Positions 28,001 to 41,999 of a stretch of 64,000 nt of DNA are shown one piece after another. Under the pieces are notes generated by a model. It worked only from the letters and a program-made list of their open reading frames with translations. It had not been told where the DNA came from and searched no databases. Within the stretch, counting starts at the first letter, position 1. Each line of letters opens with the position of its first letter. Where the stretch lies: positions 683,728-747,727 of the forward strand of contig MNCI01001065.1 of assembly GCA_015680685.1 (NCBI GenBank). Reading direction: 5' to 3'. Origin of the DNA: Gnetum montanum (taxonomy: Eukaryota; Plantae; Gnetophyta). The translations under genes were made by a program, and so were the position numbers.

Positions 28001-28477
28001 CATGAAAAAATCCTCTATGTTCTATGGGCCTATTGTACGACATGTAGAACAGCTACCGGTAGGACACCCTATAGCCTAGTCTATGGATTTGAAGTAGTGT
28101 TGCCCTTGGAACTATAGGTTCCCTCATTGTGGATGGTCATCTCCATGGTTATAAATGAGACTCAACACAACAAGTCCAGGATCGTGGATTTAGACTCAAT
28201 AGAGGAGAAATGCATCTAAACACTTGATAGCATTGAAAGATATCAAGATAGGCAGAGAAAAAAGCATCATCACAACCTACATCAGCGACCGATCAAGAAA
28301 GGAGACTTAGTTCTCAAAGCCGTTTGTGAACCAGTAAGCAAATTCTTTGCAAGCTGGGAAGGCCCTTTCCTAGTCGTCAATGCATACGGCAACAGAGCAT
28401 TTAGGCTAGCAGACATCAACGACAACGAACTCCTGAATCCGGTGAATCATATGTACCTGAAGCAGTACCACATCTAG
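25013..28477 (+). pseudogene. Tat RT-RNase H-aRH-integrase
   Basis: FT*LYEDMP, KDNFPLPSINQLID, YVDDI; aRH YFNGASS..TNNVAEYEGLL..GDS; HEGLCGGH..GYYW..CDTC; WGLDIIG; YYPQENGQ; WEGPF; YLKQY. Confidence 0.93.
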
Positions 28478-28499
28478 ACATCGTCTTGGCTCAAACGCA

Positions 28500-28835
28500 A
28501 GGTAACAAACATCCACTACAATGTAAAACTAGTAGTGTCGTAAACATCTGCTACGATGTAAAACTGGCAAAGTTTTCGACCATCCGCCATGACATGAAAC
28601 TGGTAAGGTAAGTATCCATCTACTGAGACGTTAAACTAGCACAGACTTGTCCCTTGGTCATGACACAAAACTGACACCCACAACATGGTCTGCTAGGACC
28701 ATAAAATAGCTCTTTCACCGTCTGCTATGACGTAAAACTAGCACACTTCAGTCTCCCCAGACTTTAAACTGGGACCATGGTCAATTGGGACTTAAAACTA
28801 GCAACAACAGTCCACCAGGACCTAAAACTAGAATC
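28500..28835. repeat. Degenerate ~30-40 bp tandem array in the Tat 3' region
   Basis: About ten recurrences of a ..cgctacgacgtaaaact(g/a)gca-like unit. Such arrays downstream of pol are known in Ogre/Tat elements. Confidence 0.75.
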
Positions 28836-30035
28836 TGCCAATAGACAATCCATGAAGCAAGCGATCGTGATCATTCTTGCACAGAATCCCTACTAGACGG
28901 AACAGGTAGGGCGTTGGAACAGATGCAACACTGCTACCCTACTGGCATCCTACTGATTCCTTCGATATGCCAAAAGGCATACTACTGACCCCTCGAAGAT
29001 GCTGCTACGATAGCCACTCTATAGTTGCAACTCTTGGGATCAACTTCACCACTTAGGGCCCCAAGGAAACTATCGTCACCCATATCTTTGGTGGCCTCCA
29101 CCCGTCGCTACTACCAAACTCTGCCTTAGCAGATTCATCTGACTGGTTCTTTGCCCAGTCATATGGATAAGATGAGTCTGGCTATTGATGGTGAATTCCT
29201 AAGCCACGACATCAACAAAGGGAACCTGCCTCTTGCTATGGTCCCTTCTCTGTGGCCTGCACTCTCCTTTCCTCTTTGGACAGCACTTGTTTCAACAGCC
29301 TCCCTAGCGATTAGGACGATTTCTTTTGCTCTCTGTTCTCTGTTATGTTTTGCAGGTTACTTGCTATGATAGCATTGTTCAAGAATGCATTCACTAGGAG
29401 GTGAGGCGTCATAGCATTTTGAGGTGGCTGCTCAGACTAGCCTAACTGCTTGGGAGTGCAGACCTTGCCTTTTCCCCCACTAAGCACATTATCTTACTTT
29501 CTCCTCCCCTTATCTTTACAACCACCCTCATCCTTTCCTCCTGTTTGTATAGAATGTGAGTATATAGGAACTCTTTCACACATGATAATCAGCCCATCCA
29601 TGAATTGGCGTAACGCAACTCGCCTCATGGAAAGCATCTACGATTCAAAAAAAACAAAAAATGGCAAAGCTAGGCAGAATGGATGAAACACAACTCGTCT
29701 AGGCCATACGAGCGTAACGCAACTTGTCCACGCAAGCCCCGCATATAAAATATAGTACAATAACCTCTCGGGAAAACACCCATGAGAAGATGCCTAATAG
29801 CATGTTTTCGAAGTATCCTGCTCATGCTTGAGTCTTCCCCGAACCTCCCTCTCTCATGATGGTAAAATCCCTCTTCTGTTCCTTACGCTTCCAACCTTCA
29901 CACTTCCACGCTTAACAGAGCAAAATCTAAGCAGCTGCCAATAGACGATGTTGATGTCTTTACCTCTATGGTGTTTTGTATTCTTTGTCGACATCTCTCA
30001 GGCAAGCCCTCCAAATGTCAACAAAGAGGAGCCAT

Positions 30036-31243
30036 TGAAACACTGTGAAATTTTGAGACCTCGATGATTCAGCAAGGTCTCGAAGCTTTGACAAGGATTT
30101 TCAACAAGCGGCACATCTCGGCAAGTTTTCTTTTTTTCGGCTAAGGGCCTGCTACGCTACGCTATGTAGCATAGCGTAATAGACTCCAAAAGGACTGAAC
30201 AAAAACAAGGGATGTGCAGCAACAACACTTCAATTTTGCAAGATAGTTGTGTTATGCTATGTTACGCTATGCAACATAATGTAATGCAACGCAACGTAAT
30301 GCAAGCAGATAATTAACTTAATCGCAACAATGGAGACAGCAAAATCCAGGTGGTGACAATAATTACACCACGATACACTTCCCAACGTATCATAGCATAG
30401 TTGCGGGATAGTTTGTTCAGTGCAAAAGACAAAGCCAAATGAACTGTCTTCTTAAAGGGTGATTATGCTATACTACTCTTCAGAGTGTAATGCAGTGTAG
30501 CACCACAAACTTCGGCTACAACACATCAGGTCAACGGCATCTTGTGGGCTCAGGACACGCATCATCTAAACTACATTTTTCTCTTGACCCTCATCTTATA
30601 AATACCCTAGTAGACAATGCTCAAGGGGTTGGAAAGATTGACAATTTTTTTTTGGTTGACAGCTATTGGCAATTTTTGATATTTTTTGGTGAAGATTGGT
30701 GAGAGAACAAAAGAGAATCTGCAATAGAAAGAACATCGATGAAGACCAACAAGAGCTTTCGATCAGAAACTTCAAGTTAGCAGACACTTTACTCTGAGTC
30801 TGACTTCCTTGCGCCCATATTGGCTAGAACAAGGTAGCTCGGCCTTTGCTTGTTTCATCTCTAAATAGCTTTCTTGTTCTTGGCATGTGCTTCGTCTAAA
30901 CCAAAGTTTGCCTGCAATCATTGTATTTGATGTATTTGTTTATAAGCTAAATCCCAGATCTTGGGATTGCATATTCTCTAAATTCAATTTATTGCATCAT
31001 ATTTACATAAACTTTACAATCGTTTTGCATTGTTTACATCGTCCTCGTTGCCTTCGAGATCACCTATATCATATCTCCCCATTGAAATCATCATCTTGTA
31101 ATCCAAACATTACAAAATTTGCTGATTAAGTAAGTCCCTGTCTAATCGACAAGACCGTTCAGAGCACCTTGGATTCATTTTCTCCAGCACGGCCCTCACA
31201 CGGATCCAGGGTTGGAACTGTGTACACGAATCTTTGCTCGGTA
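30036..31243 (+). mobile_element. 3' LTR of the Tat element
   Basis: Starts TGAAACAC after the purine tract AAAGAGGAG (~30023-30031); aligns with the 5' LTR. Confidence 0.9.
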
Positions 31244-32801
31244 TTTCCAATGATCGACATTTTCCATCGTTATAATATCCACAGTTAGTTGCCTGGTTTC
31301 CACTAGTTAGTCCAGCAACTCCTCATACTGGGCTATGTTGAATTTGCTACTAACTATTCCTATGGATGTCTACACATCTTGAACTACAAAATTTTTTGGT
31401 ACAGATGCTACAAGTATGTTCAATGCCTTGGCAATTTTATCAACAACCACCTTTGCTATTGTCTTGTGCCCATGATGCTGCATCATCAAGATAGTTGCCC
31501 CCTCACCTTCCTCTAGATGCACTGATAAAGTAGCACCATTCCCAGAGATTTTTGGGAATTGTTACTATTATGAGAGAGAAATTGTTACCTCTCAAGTGCT
31601 AAGATTCGATCTTGTGAGTAGTTTCATTCTTTGGGTTGAGAAAATTAGTCCACCTCTCTCCATCTAGCTAATGGTTTAAGCCACTTTGTTGAGGTGACAC
31701 ATCACTAGGCAATACATAGATGGATTGCCATCACTCATTCCTACTTGTTGCTCCTACTCACACAAGAGCTACTCTTAGATCTCGCGCATTTGTTCAAGGG
31801 TAGTGTGAGACTTCGACGTTATTTTGTGAGTGAACGATGGAGGTCATGGTTGCTACTTCTCTTCCTTGATTGTGTTAGGGGTCTTTTCTTTCATCATTTC
31901 TACCCAAGAAGTAGAAGGAGCATGCCTGATTATATCATTGCCTTTTGCATGGTTTTATGATGATGCAGGGAAAGGGAAGGGCCTTTCTTCCATGTTCATT
32001 TTTCTTAAATTACTTCTCTATCTCTAGATAGATCAATTGTTGAAGATTGATAGGGAATTTTCCACTTAGAGTGGCACACACATGAACGAAAAAGGTAGTT
32101 ATCTTACTTGGCCTCACCATTGGATTAAGGTGATAGGCCACTATCTTGAAATATACATGCTTCACCAAGGTAAGTGCATCATACTCCTTGCAATCCACTT
32201 CATAACATTGCTCGGTCCACTCCTTTTTTTCCTCTAGGTCTACCTATGTAGATATCTTTGCCGAATTGTTTTCATTATCAAGCAACCTGAGGGCCTACAC
32301 AATGATCTCCATTGAGTAGGACACTTGAATATCCTTGATCTTCATAATGGCTCCCGCTTGCCTACCATCCTAGAAAAGATATGTCTCTCTCATGTATCAT
32401 TCCCCATTAGAAGTGATGATTGGCCACCTGGGAGAGTTCTGCATCTACATCTTGACTTCTACTAAAGCATGTTTAAATAATGGTCTAAAGTTTAATTCTT
32501 GGAGAATTAAACGTTGGATGTCACCAAGCTTGATTTGATTAAGGTAGGCTTGAGTCAATGTAACCTCAAGTCTTGGCACCAATCCTAGCACCTCATCTCA
32601 ATGGGATTGTTCGGTTATGGTCCCTTCCTAGAGAATCTATTGGATAGATTTCACTTTGGGCTCTTCCTGAAGAGGTCTCATCACATGAGTTTTTGCTCCC
32701 TATTCTTGGGCTTTTTCTTGCTATTCTCTTCTAGCTCTAGGTCGTTTGTCCCTTGGTTGGGATGATCCTCCTTCTTGCAGATGTTTTGGTTTAGGTGTCA
32801 T
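31244..32801 (-). pseudogene. N-terminal part of the Athila-type env-like extra ORF (Transposase_32/PTTA-like region)
   Basis: Starts MTPKPKHLQEGGSSQ at 32801. Contains VSYSMEIIV*ALRL and VAYHLNPMVRPSKITTFFVHVCATLSGKFPINL, which resemble the motif pattern of Athila extra ORFs. Confidence 0.6.
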
Positions 32802-34899
32802 TTGTAATCACAACATGGCCAAGCATTAGCACTTTTTGTGTAACTTTGAAACATTTGGAATACCTTATGTCTTAGTGTAGTTACACTAGGCTAAGTTGTG
32901 ATCAAGGTTGGTTTGATTATTTTAATATTATTTTATTATTATCTGATTAAATAGGTTACTAGAGTGTGTTGGAAGGGTTTAACTATCATAGGTTGATGAT
33001 TTAATATTATTTTATTTATTAAACCCATGGAGGAGTTAGAAAATTTTCCTATCAAAAACCTAAGGTTTGTGGCATCCGCAACACAAAGCATACCTTTGGA
33101 AGTTGCAGGGTTCAAGAATGGAGTGAATTGGACAAATGGTTTGAAAGTTACAAGCTCTAGAAGGTTTTGAGCTCTAAAAATTTGCAAAAACTCACCTTAT
33201 GTTTGAAGCAAATGGAAAAAAAAATTCTAAGTGGTGGGTGTTATATATATAATTTTTCTCATGCATCGACTAGGCCTTGTCAATGGAACCTAGTCGATGC
33301 GGTTAGCTGCGTCGAATGGGCCTAGTCAACACAGTTATTGACCACCATTGACCAAGTCAAAATTCTTAAAATACAAGAAGTTTTTGAGTGAAATTAGAAT
33401 TAAATGAAAGCCCAAGAAGCCAAGAACACAATGAGATGCATGAAGAGGGCTTGAGGTTTCACAAAAGATGGAGAATGATTGGAGAAATTCCTTAAGGAGC
33501 CAATAGTTGGATGCAACTGATGGGGAATGCAAAATATTTGATTGCCAAAATGCCCAAGGATAAGGGACTTAACTAGCCCAACCAAGAGCTATGCAAGTGG
33601 ATCCTCCCCATAGTAGGCTTATGTCTTTTTTCCCTTGCATAACATTAACTAAGAAGTCTATGGACCCCATAGTTGATTAATGGTTACAAAAAATTACGTG
33701 CTGAATCCTAAAAAATCTACCTAAGAATTTTAACATGTCAAATGAAGATAATAAACAAAAACATGAAAATTGGTAGTGAGGTGAGTTATGGAAAGTATTG
33801 ATTAGTGAGATAGAAAGTAGAATGGCTTTCCCAACCATGGTCACATGAAGTCCCTTGTGGGGTTTATGGTTAAATGACCCAAGCAAAGTCCATCCTTAGT
33901 TTAAATCAAAACCAATGACTTTCAATGACTTCACATCACCATCCCAGAATCAGTCCACCCACCTTGAGACATAAGAATTCTCCCACAGACAACCACTGTT
34001 CCTTCTTTGAGAAGAAAAGAGAAGTAAGAAGTGAAAAAGGACCTTAGTTAGAGGGGACCTTAAGACAAGGGTAACATGTCTTTCTAGTCCCATAACCAAT
34101 GCTTGTAGCCTATTTATTTTGTTTAAGAGGTATGCTTTGAATTCCCATAATGTTTGTAGTTGTTTTTATTTTTGAATTTTTGGATGGGAACCACACCATG
34201 CAAAGACTTATTCAATTTCCTATTATTGGTTGACATAGAATGGTAAGAAATCCATGAAAACACACATGCACTCAAGCAAGTAGAGAGGCATAAAGAGTAT
34301 TAAATCCCATTGAATTCACACACTTTTCAAACCTTTGAATCTTTTCCAAGTTTGGAAACTACCAAGGTCACAAATTCGTTAAATTTTTATTAATTAAAAA
34401 GGAACCTCATACTACTAAAACTAGAAAAACCATAGAGTTGATGGATGGGAGGATGATGTGGACTTACTACCTATTCCATGAAAAAGAAACTTGTCTTAGT
34501 CATTAGTCATTAAAACTCAAAAATAGAAACTAGACATTAGTAATAAAAAACATTAGGTATAAATTACCATTAGTAAACAACTATAACATCACTATGTCCA
34601 GTTGGCAACAAAGTAATTTTATTAGAAACTATGTAAAATTCACACAAAAATAAAGGAAAATGTAAAAGAAATTGTAAAAATAAAATATACTAATGATGTT
34701 GTAAAATAAAAATTTGGAAAAATAACAAAGCGTAAAACAAAAATGTGTAAAATAAAAAATTAGAAAAACTAAAGAGATACTTTAATTGTTAGCTCAAATA
34801 GCCATCTTTCCCACAACTGATTTGAAAGAAGGAGATCCGAAAGATTGAGCATGGTCATCCATCCGATGAGGTGTTGATGGCACTAGTTTGCTTGGGCTC

Positions 34900-37800
34900 G
34901 TGAAAAGGTTTTACTTATTACATGTTAACCAACTACTTTTTGTTTAGGCTCTTAGGTTTGTAAATTAACATGGCCATAGAAGGAAAGATTTCATAAATGA
35001 TATAAGGTCCTTCCCATAATGTTTGGAACTTAGTTCATTGAGGTGTGTGTGTAGGATTTCAGTAAAGGACCTTGTCTCCAGGTTAAAATTTTACCTTGCA
35101 TATTCTAAGGTCATGGCATTTTTTTTAAATGCTTTATGCACTTCATTCAAAGATAGGGCTACCAACTGATTTTCATTTAGCATATTAAGGTTGATCAATC
35201 TCTCTATTTGTGTTAGGCTTAAGTTAAGGTCCAGGTCATAGGCTGTTGAAAGTGTATGGAGGTTGGATTGAATTGGAAGAGTTGGTAATTTTCTGTACAC
35301 CAACTCATTGGGAGAATAGCCTATAAGGGGCTTCCATGTGGAGCAGTGGGACCAAAGGGCATCATATAGTTTCATGCTCTAGCCTCTTCTATATTTGCTA
35401 ATTGTTTGAGTTAAAATCATAGTGATCTCCCTATTGGTAACCTTTGCTTGATTGTTAGCTTAGGGATGGTAAGATGTTGTTAGCTTATGTTCAACTCCCA
35501 AGTGTTGCATGAGCTTGCAAAAAGTAGCACCTATAAAATGAGTATCATTGTCAAAAATTAGTGCACATGGCACTTCAAACTTGTTTACAACATTTTTTTG
35601 TACAAACTGAGCAATAGTGAAAGATGTATAGTTAATGATGTCTGCTGCTTCTCCCCATTTTGTACAATAGTCAATAGCACCTATTATGTATGCCTTTCCA
35701 TTTGACTTGGATGTGATGGGATCCATGAAGTCTATGCCCCAGATGTTGAAGGGTTCTAATTGTTGGATCCATTGCTGATGTTCCTTCATTCAATTGGTCA
35801 TCCCACCATCTTGTTGATAGCATTCATAAGAGTGCATGACTTGATGGACATTCCTAAAAAGTGTTGGCCAATAGTACCATACCATTAGGATTTTAATGGT
35901 TATGAAAATCCCTATATAATGGCCCCCATAAAGACCCTCATGAGCATCTTGGAGAATACATAGTTAAGTAGGATCAGGAACATACCAAAAAACCAAGCCA
36001 TCAATGCACACCTTGTAAAGATGTCCATTTATCTTCATGAAGCATTTGGCTTCATAAAAAACTATTTTTTTTTTTGGAAGTCTAGGTCTTGTGGCATCTC
36101 CTGAGTGAGAAGATAAGTGAGGATGCCATTGTATCATTTTGGTTCAATAGGCACTTATTCATTTATTGCACTAGCAAAGAGGAGTTAATTAAGAAATTGA
36201 TTAGAGAGTGAGCTCTCATCCTCTTTGTTGTCCTATTGTAACCAAGACAAGTAATCCACAACCACATTTTTAGTTCCCTTTTGATCTACCGTTATAAGAT
36301 CAAACTCTTGCAAGATCACTAGCCACTGTATGACATAGAGGCTCAACATCAATTTATTTATTAGAAGCAAATGACACTATGATTAGTGTGCACAAACACT
36401 TTGTACCCAAGCACATAGTGCATGAACTTCTCCAAAGCATACACCATGACCATCAGTTCTTTCTTCATTGTGATGTTTCTAATCATCCAACTGTGTAAGC
36501 ATGGCTTCTAAGGCATAGTTTGATGCATCTTTCATGATGTGAAACAGAGGTAAACAATCAGGTGCTCATAGAATTAAAGTCTCTACAAGGCTCTCCTTAA
36601 GCTATTGAAATGCCTTTTCACATTTCTTAATCCATATGAATGGAACATCTTTCTTTGTGAGCTTGACCAATAGTTTTGCAATCTTAGAGAAATTCTCTAT
36701 GAATTGTTGGTAGTAGCCACTATGTCTAAGGAATTACTAGACATATTTAATGGTTTCTTATTGGTGGGTTATTCCTTGACTATCTTGAATATTTTTAGAG
36801 TCCACCTCAATCCCTACTTGAGAAATTCTATGCTCCAACATAATTCCCTCTTGGACCATGAGGTGGCTCTTTTGCTAATTGAGCTAAAGATTAGTCTCCA
36901 CACATATTTTAAGCACTTGATCAAGGTAGTCTAGGGCTTGCTCAAATGTAGCACTATAGGTGGAGAAGTCATCCGTGAAGACTTCCATCCCACTACCAAT
37001 CTACTATTGAAAAATGCTCATGAAAAGGTGTTGGAAAGTTTTAGGGGCATTGCATAAACCAAATGACATATTTTGATATGCAAAAGTTTCCTAGGGACTT
37101 GTAAACATAGTTTTGACTTGATCCTATGATGTGATTTGAATTTGGTTATAGCCACTATAACTATCCAAAAAGTTATAATAGCAATACCCAGAAATAGTGT
37201 CCAACACCTAGTTCACAAATGGCAATGGAAAATGATATTTGAACGTTGCCATGTTCAACAGCTTGAAATCAATACAGACCCACCACTGGCCACCTTTCTT
37301 TGGCACAATTACAAGTGGGCTAATCCACTCACTGTCCACAATTGGATAGATGAACCCTACATTGAGGAGTTGTTCAATTTCCTCTTTGATGATTTGCTTT
37401 AATTTAGGGTTTAGCCACCATTGTGGCTACCTCTTTGGCTTCATGGATGAGTTAGTATAGATGCAATGCTGGGATATCCTAGGATTAATCCTTATGAGTT
37501 TTTGATATGATCAAGAAAAGTTTGTTGGTCATTTGTTGACCACCTTTAACAACATCCTTTTCTACTTAGGAGCAAGGTTGACATTAATTATCACCAGATT
37601 TTCATTTTTTAGAAATACATATTCTATGCTAGTAGGTAGAGTTTTCAACTCTAAGGGATCTTATTTAAAATTATTAGATATTTCCAGCTCTTTCCAATTG
37701 GTATTATCAAGTTCATCATCAAAGAGTTGGCAATGAACTTACTCCATCCATGCCTTCAAATTAGGCACAACTTAGGCACTTAGTAGGGTCCATACAAAGT

Positions 37801-40800
37801 GTGCTACTTTTAGAATCAACTATCAGCCACTAGGTATCCTCTTGATTTTTGGCTGCTATGTACAAGCACTTTTGTATTTTAGATTCATCTACACACTGTT
37901 TACATACATTGAATGATGTGTTTTTGAGAGACTAGACTTTCTGCACACAGTTGCACTTGATATTGTTCTATGCAATGCATGGAACTCTCTTCTTGATCTT
38001 TTTTAATGCATTTTCCTCAAAAATATCCAAGGAAAGATCTCTAATGCCCATTTTCACATCAACAATGCTAAACCAAGCCCTTCCCATAATGATTAGGAAG
38101 TCCCCCTTGCAATTGTTAACTTTGATCACCAGGAAATTCACAGGATATGATCACCCATAGATAATAGTCACAATTTCCTCCACTAATCCCAAGGGAATAG
38201 TGATGAATTGATCTACCAATTCTAAATGGATATTGCTCTTCTTACGAGAAGTTAGGTTCCAAGCATTGTAAATTTCATGAAAAATTAGGCTAACACCAGA
38301 CCTAAATCGAGAAAAGCCTTGCATGGCTCATTTCTTGCAATCTACAAGTAGATGAGAGGACTTCTAGGATTAGCTCTTTTCCTAAGAAGGTTGCTAGCCT
38401 TGATCCAATCAAATATAGTGTGGCTTAACATGATTATGTGGATCTTGGGAGGCATCTAGTTTGAAGGGATCTTGAAAGGAATGGATGTAGGAAATGAAGG
38501 AGACAAATGGAAACTAATTGCATAAGTTGGTAAGGGTTTTATAGTGATATTGGTTTGAAAAAATGATCTTTTACAGGATTTAGGTTCTGAACCACTTGGC
38601 TAAGGAGTTGGGTGTAAGTTAATAGCCTTAGTAGTATTACATTGCTACGGCTGTGTAGGAATTTTGCCTTGCATTGATGGAGCAGGTGATAATTGGGTTA
38701 AGGATGGAGGAACATGTGCTTAAGGATGAGAAGGGTGATAAGGATATGGGGATTCACCTCTAGGAGATGGAGATGAAGTTCTGTAATACTCTAGAGGGTA
38801 GTAGTAATGTTGAAAAGAAGCATGACTAGAAGAGTCACGTAGAGACATGGGTTGTTGAACATAGTACCCATATAGATCTAACTGCCTATAAGGGTACTAT
38901 TTCCTTAGTGGTGGCATCCTCCATGATTATGGATGCTACTACTGATGGTACTGCTCATATGATTATGGTGAAGCTCCACTTGGATAATAAGCTTATTGTT
39001 GGTGGTGGAACTACCTTGGGTTGCCTTGAGGATAAGGCAACCTTCTTACTGCTTACTTTCATGCCAGCCTATGATTCAAATCATACACCACAAAATCTTG
39101 TAAGTGTGATACAACAAGGCAACATTCCTTCGAATGTTCATATTGGCAGATATCACACCCACCATCATCATCTAATTTCAACTTCACAACCTCTTCTACT
39201 ATAGCAGCTTTTCCCTTACACCTTTGATAGGCATGTTCAGCTTCTTTTATTGTCCTACAGTCATGATCACTACCTTGTTCTTTGGATCCTGCTAGAATTT
39301 TTAAAGTAAGTTAAAATTTTTCATCTAAATATTTTCACTTTTTGTCAACTTTAGCCAAAATTTCAAACATAGATTTTTGAATTGGCAAGGTTTTCCACTA
39401 CACCACTTCATCAAGTGATGCCTCCTCCTCATTGTCATAGAATCAAACCTCTTTGTTTTTGATGGAAGGGTCTTGGTTATACTCCTCAGCACTTTCCCAT
39501 TTTTTCATCTCACCTGCTTCTTTTGCAATCTTCTCAATTAGCCTTTGAATTTGATGGGCTCTTAGTTTCGACAATCTTCCCTAGGCATAGACCCCAAGAG
39601 TTTTGAGCCCATCTATATATGGCAAAGTTGCTCCTACTAAGAATAACCATGGCTAGGACATCTATGCAAAAGAGAATAATACTTGCCCATGGCTACATCC
39701 AAGGGTTCATGTGTTTCTTGTCACTAGCCTTGGATTTGCTTTTCAAATTGGACACTCTGGAGTACATTTGATATTTTTCATTGAATAGCTTAAGCATCGT
39801 ACTTCATCTACGAATTGATTCCAACTCCAAGGAATAGTACCAACTTTCTACTTCTTTATGAGTGTCTTAAGGAATAGCTTAAGTTTATGCCAGTCATTTT
39901 CTATGTTCTACAAGGCACAAGCATCATGAATGGCTTGAAGATAGTTATGTGGATCTAAGTTATTTTTCCCCTCAAATATGGGGATATTGTTCATATCCAA
40001 CCTCTTGATTCTGTGATCTTTCACATGCTTGGTTGGAATTTTAAGTACCTTTGCAATGTTCAGCATGCTTCAATTTGCCAACAAAGGTTCATCATCATCA
40101 TGATTTTGATGATGCCTATGTTGTCCCCTACTACCTCTTTGTTCATGGTAGGGCCTACGATCATTATCCCATCATTCGCCTTCATTGTGGTTTTGTGCCT
40201 TGCACTTTTTATGAAATTCAAAGGAGGAAGAAGAAGATGTAGATGAAGAGGATGAAGAGGAAGGAGGACTACCACCACCATGGTGTCTACCACCTCCTCT
40301 TTGCTTGTCACAGCCACGATCATTAGGTTTACTATCATCACGATGCTTGCCCAAGCCACTGCCTTGACTCCCACTTTTTCCTAAATCCAAATTGTTGATA
40401 GTGGACTACAAATTTAGGTTCAAGCCCCCTTCACCAGAGTCAAGGTGTGGAGAATATTCATGTTGAGAATTCCTAGAGGGAGGATCCTCATTGTCATTTT
40501 GGTTCAGCAGGAAAAAGGGGTTAGTGAACTGTTTCCCCTTCATAGCTTCATGACACTTATCTTGGTGTCGATCTCATTTGTGTTGTATTTCTATGGAATA
40601 GTAGTCTCAATAGTCATGATCCTGCATAATGTATTCATCATGGAGATCTTAGATGTCCAACCTTCTAAGAGTTTAGAGTAGCATCCTAGGAATAGATCAA
40701 GCAAGAGGCAACACAACATTGCCCTCCATATCTCTCCATCGTAGCTACTTATCTTGATGTAGGATGAAGGTGAAATTAGGTACAAACTCATCTGGATGAG

Positions 40801-40827
40801 TGTACACCACTTGGAATTCTTGGGGCA
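34900..40827 (-). pseudogene. Athila-like gag-pol (gag, PR, RT, RH, INT), highly degenerate
   Basis: Gag IPIFEGKNNLDPHNYL..ESWYYSL; reverse-complement similarity to the 4220-7600 pol; VFTDDF; WGIDFMDP; KLTTSYHP; KLYDALW. Confidence 0.88.
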
Positions 40828-41000
40828 TTGGTAGTTTTAATTCATCATGCTTATGAGAAAAAAAAAACATTTTGGATGAAAGAAAAATTTAGTATGCTTA
40901 AATTATAATTATTTTGAATGATTGTGACCTTAGGGTTTATGCCAATGATCTTAAATAATATTCACTATGTCCTAGATAGCGCATGTATTAAACTATAAGT

Positions 41001-41018
41001 CCTTGGCAACGATGCCAA
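41001..41018 (-). promoter_or_regulatory. PBS, tRNA-Asp type
   Basis: TTGGCATCGTTGCCAAGG on minus, a transition-decayed form of the Athila-type TGGCGCCGTTGCCGGGG, directly beside the LTR end. Confidence 0.75.
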
Positions 41019-41877
41019 TGATAAGTGGTGAGTAGACCCTATGCCCAACCATATAAATTACTAAGTGTTCACACATGATCTGATTAAATTCTATGGACTT
41101 ATAACCTTCTAAGTACATTGGTCTCTTGGAAGTGAAACTAATCATTGTAATCGTTGTCTTCCTAATTAGACTTGTGAAATGCAAAGGCATGGTTAAGTGC
41201 AACTAAGGCATATGATTTTTGTCATTTTTATGTTCTATACTTTAAGTCACCTAAGGGTAAAGAATAATGTATAAAATAAAATAATTAAATTGCTAATTGA
41301 ATATAACTAGCTACACCTAGCTAATCCTAACATAAGCATCCAATCCCACTTGTTGTACACATCATAAACATGTTTAATGCTACTGGGTTACTAAATGTTA
41401 AGCATTACTGGGATTACCAAGTGTCAAGCATATGCTCGAAGTGCTTGTACTTATTTGCTTAATTAATCTCTATTTAATCTTACTTAATTTAGCTTAATTA
41501 CTTAAAGCATTAAAGGAAATTGCATAAACCATTAAATGCATAAATAAATAATTAATCTATTTCAAAGTGTTGCAAATTTTATATTAAAGCTTATCTTTAT
41601 TGCTAGACACCCTACAATGCTTAGGTACAATAGTGCTCAAATAAAGATCTGTACACTCTTTGACTCCTACTACAAGCACTTAGAAAAATATTCTAACTTT
41701 CAAGTAAGAAAACTACAAGAGCTTAGCTACAACTATGACAAAAGATGTCATAAACACTACAAGTGATTATGTATTTATAGGTGAAAATAAACACTATGTC
41801 TATGAGGCCACATCAATGCATCAAATCCCACATTGAAGCGACTGCATCGATGGGGTCACATCAATGAGGCACATTCA
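41019..41877 (-). mobile_element. 5' LTR of the minus-strand Athila-like element (right end approximate)
   Basis: Co-linear with 12072-12880 apart from a ~36-bp indel and a repeat-rich outer end. Confidence 0.8.
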
Positions 41878-41999
41878 AATCCCACATTGAAGTGTTTTAT
41901 GTTTCATATTATGTGTTGTATGTTATATTTTACTAAGTTTAAATGATGCCACATTGTTTCTAGTTTTGATGTTGATAAAATATGATATGACATTAACAC

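Larger units (their letters stand above)
14446..31243 (+). mobile_element. Tat/Ogre-type gypsy LTR retrotransposon (16.8 kb), degenerate
   Basis: ~1.2-kb direct repeats at 14446-15652 and 30036-31243; PBS; PPT AAAGAGGAG; gag, protease, RT, RH, archaeal-type RNase H and integrase in order. Confidence 0.92.
12072..41877 (-). mobile_element. Athila-like gypsy element with env-like extra ORF, interrupted by a nested Tat element
   Basis: Two similar LTRs (12072-12880 and 41019-~41877), PBS next to the right LTR, PPT next to the left LTR, and gag-PR-RT-RH-INT order on the minus strand. The right terminus is blurred and no TSD was found. Confidence 0.8.

Noticed and set aside
28500-28835. Repeat-spacer-like pattern suggesting CRISPR
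   Set aside because: Degenerate tandem units inside a plant retroelement; no identical repeats with unique spacers and no cas genes.
41860-41895. TSD for the 12072-41877 element
   Set aside because: The left flank ATTGC has no match at any candidate right end; the terminus is obscured by local repeats.
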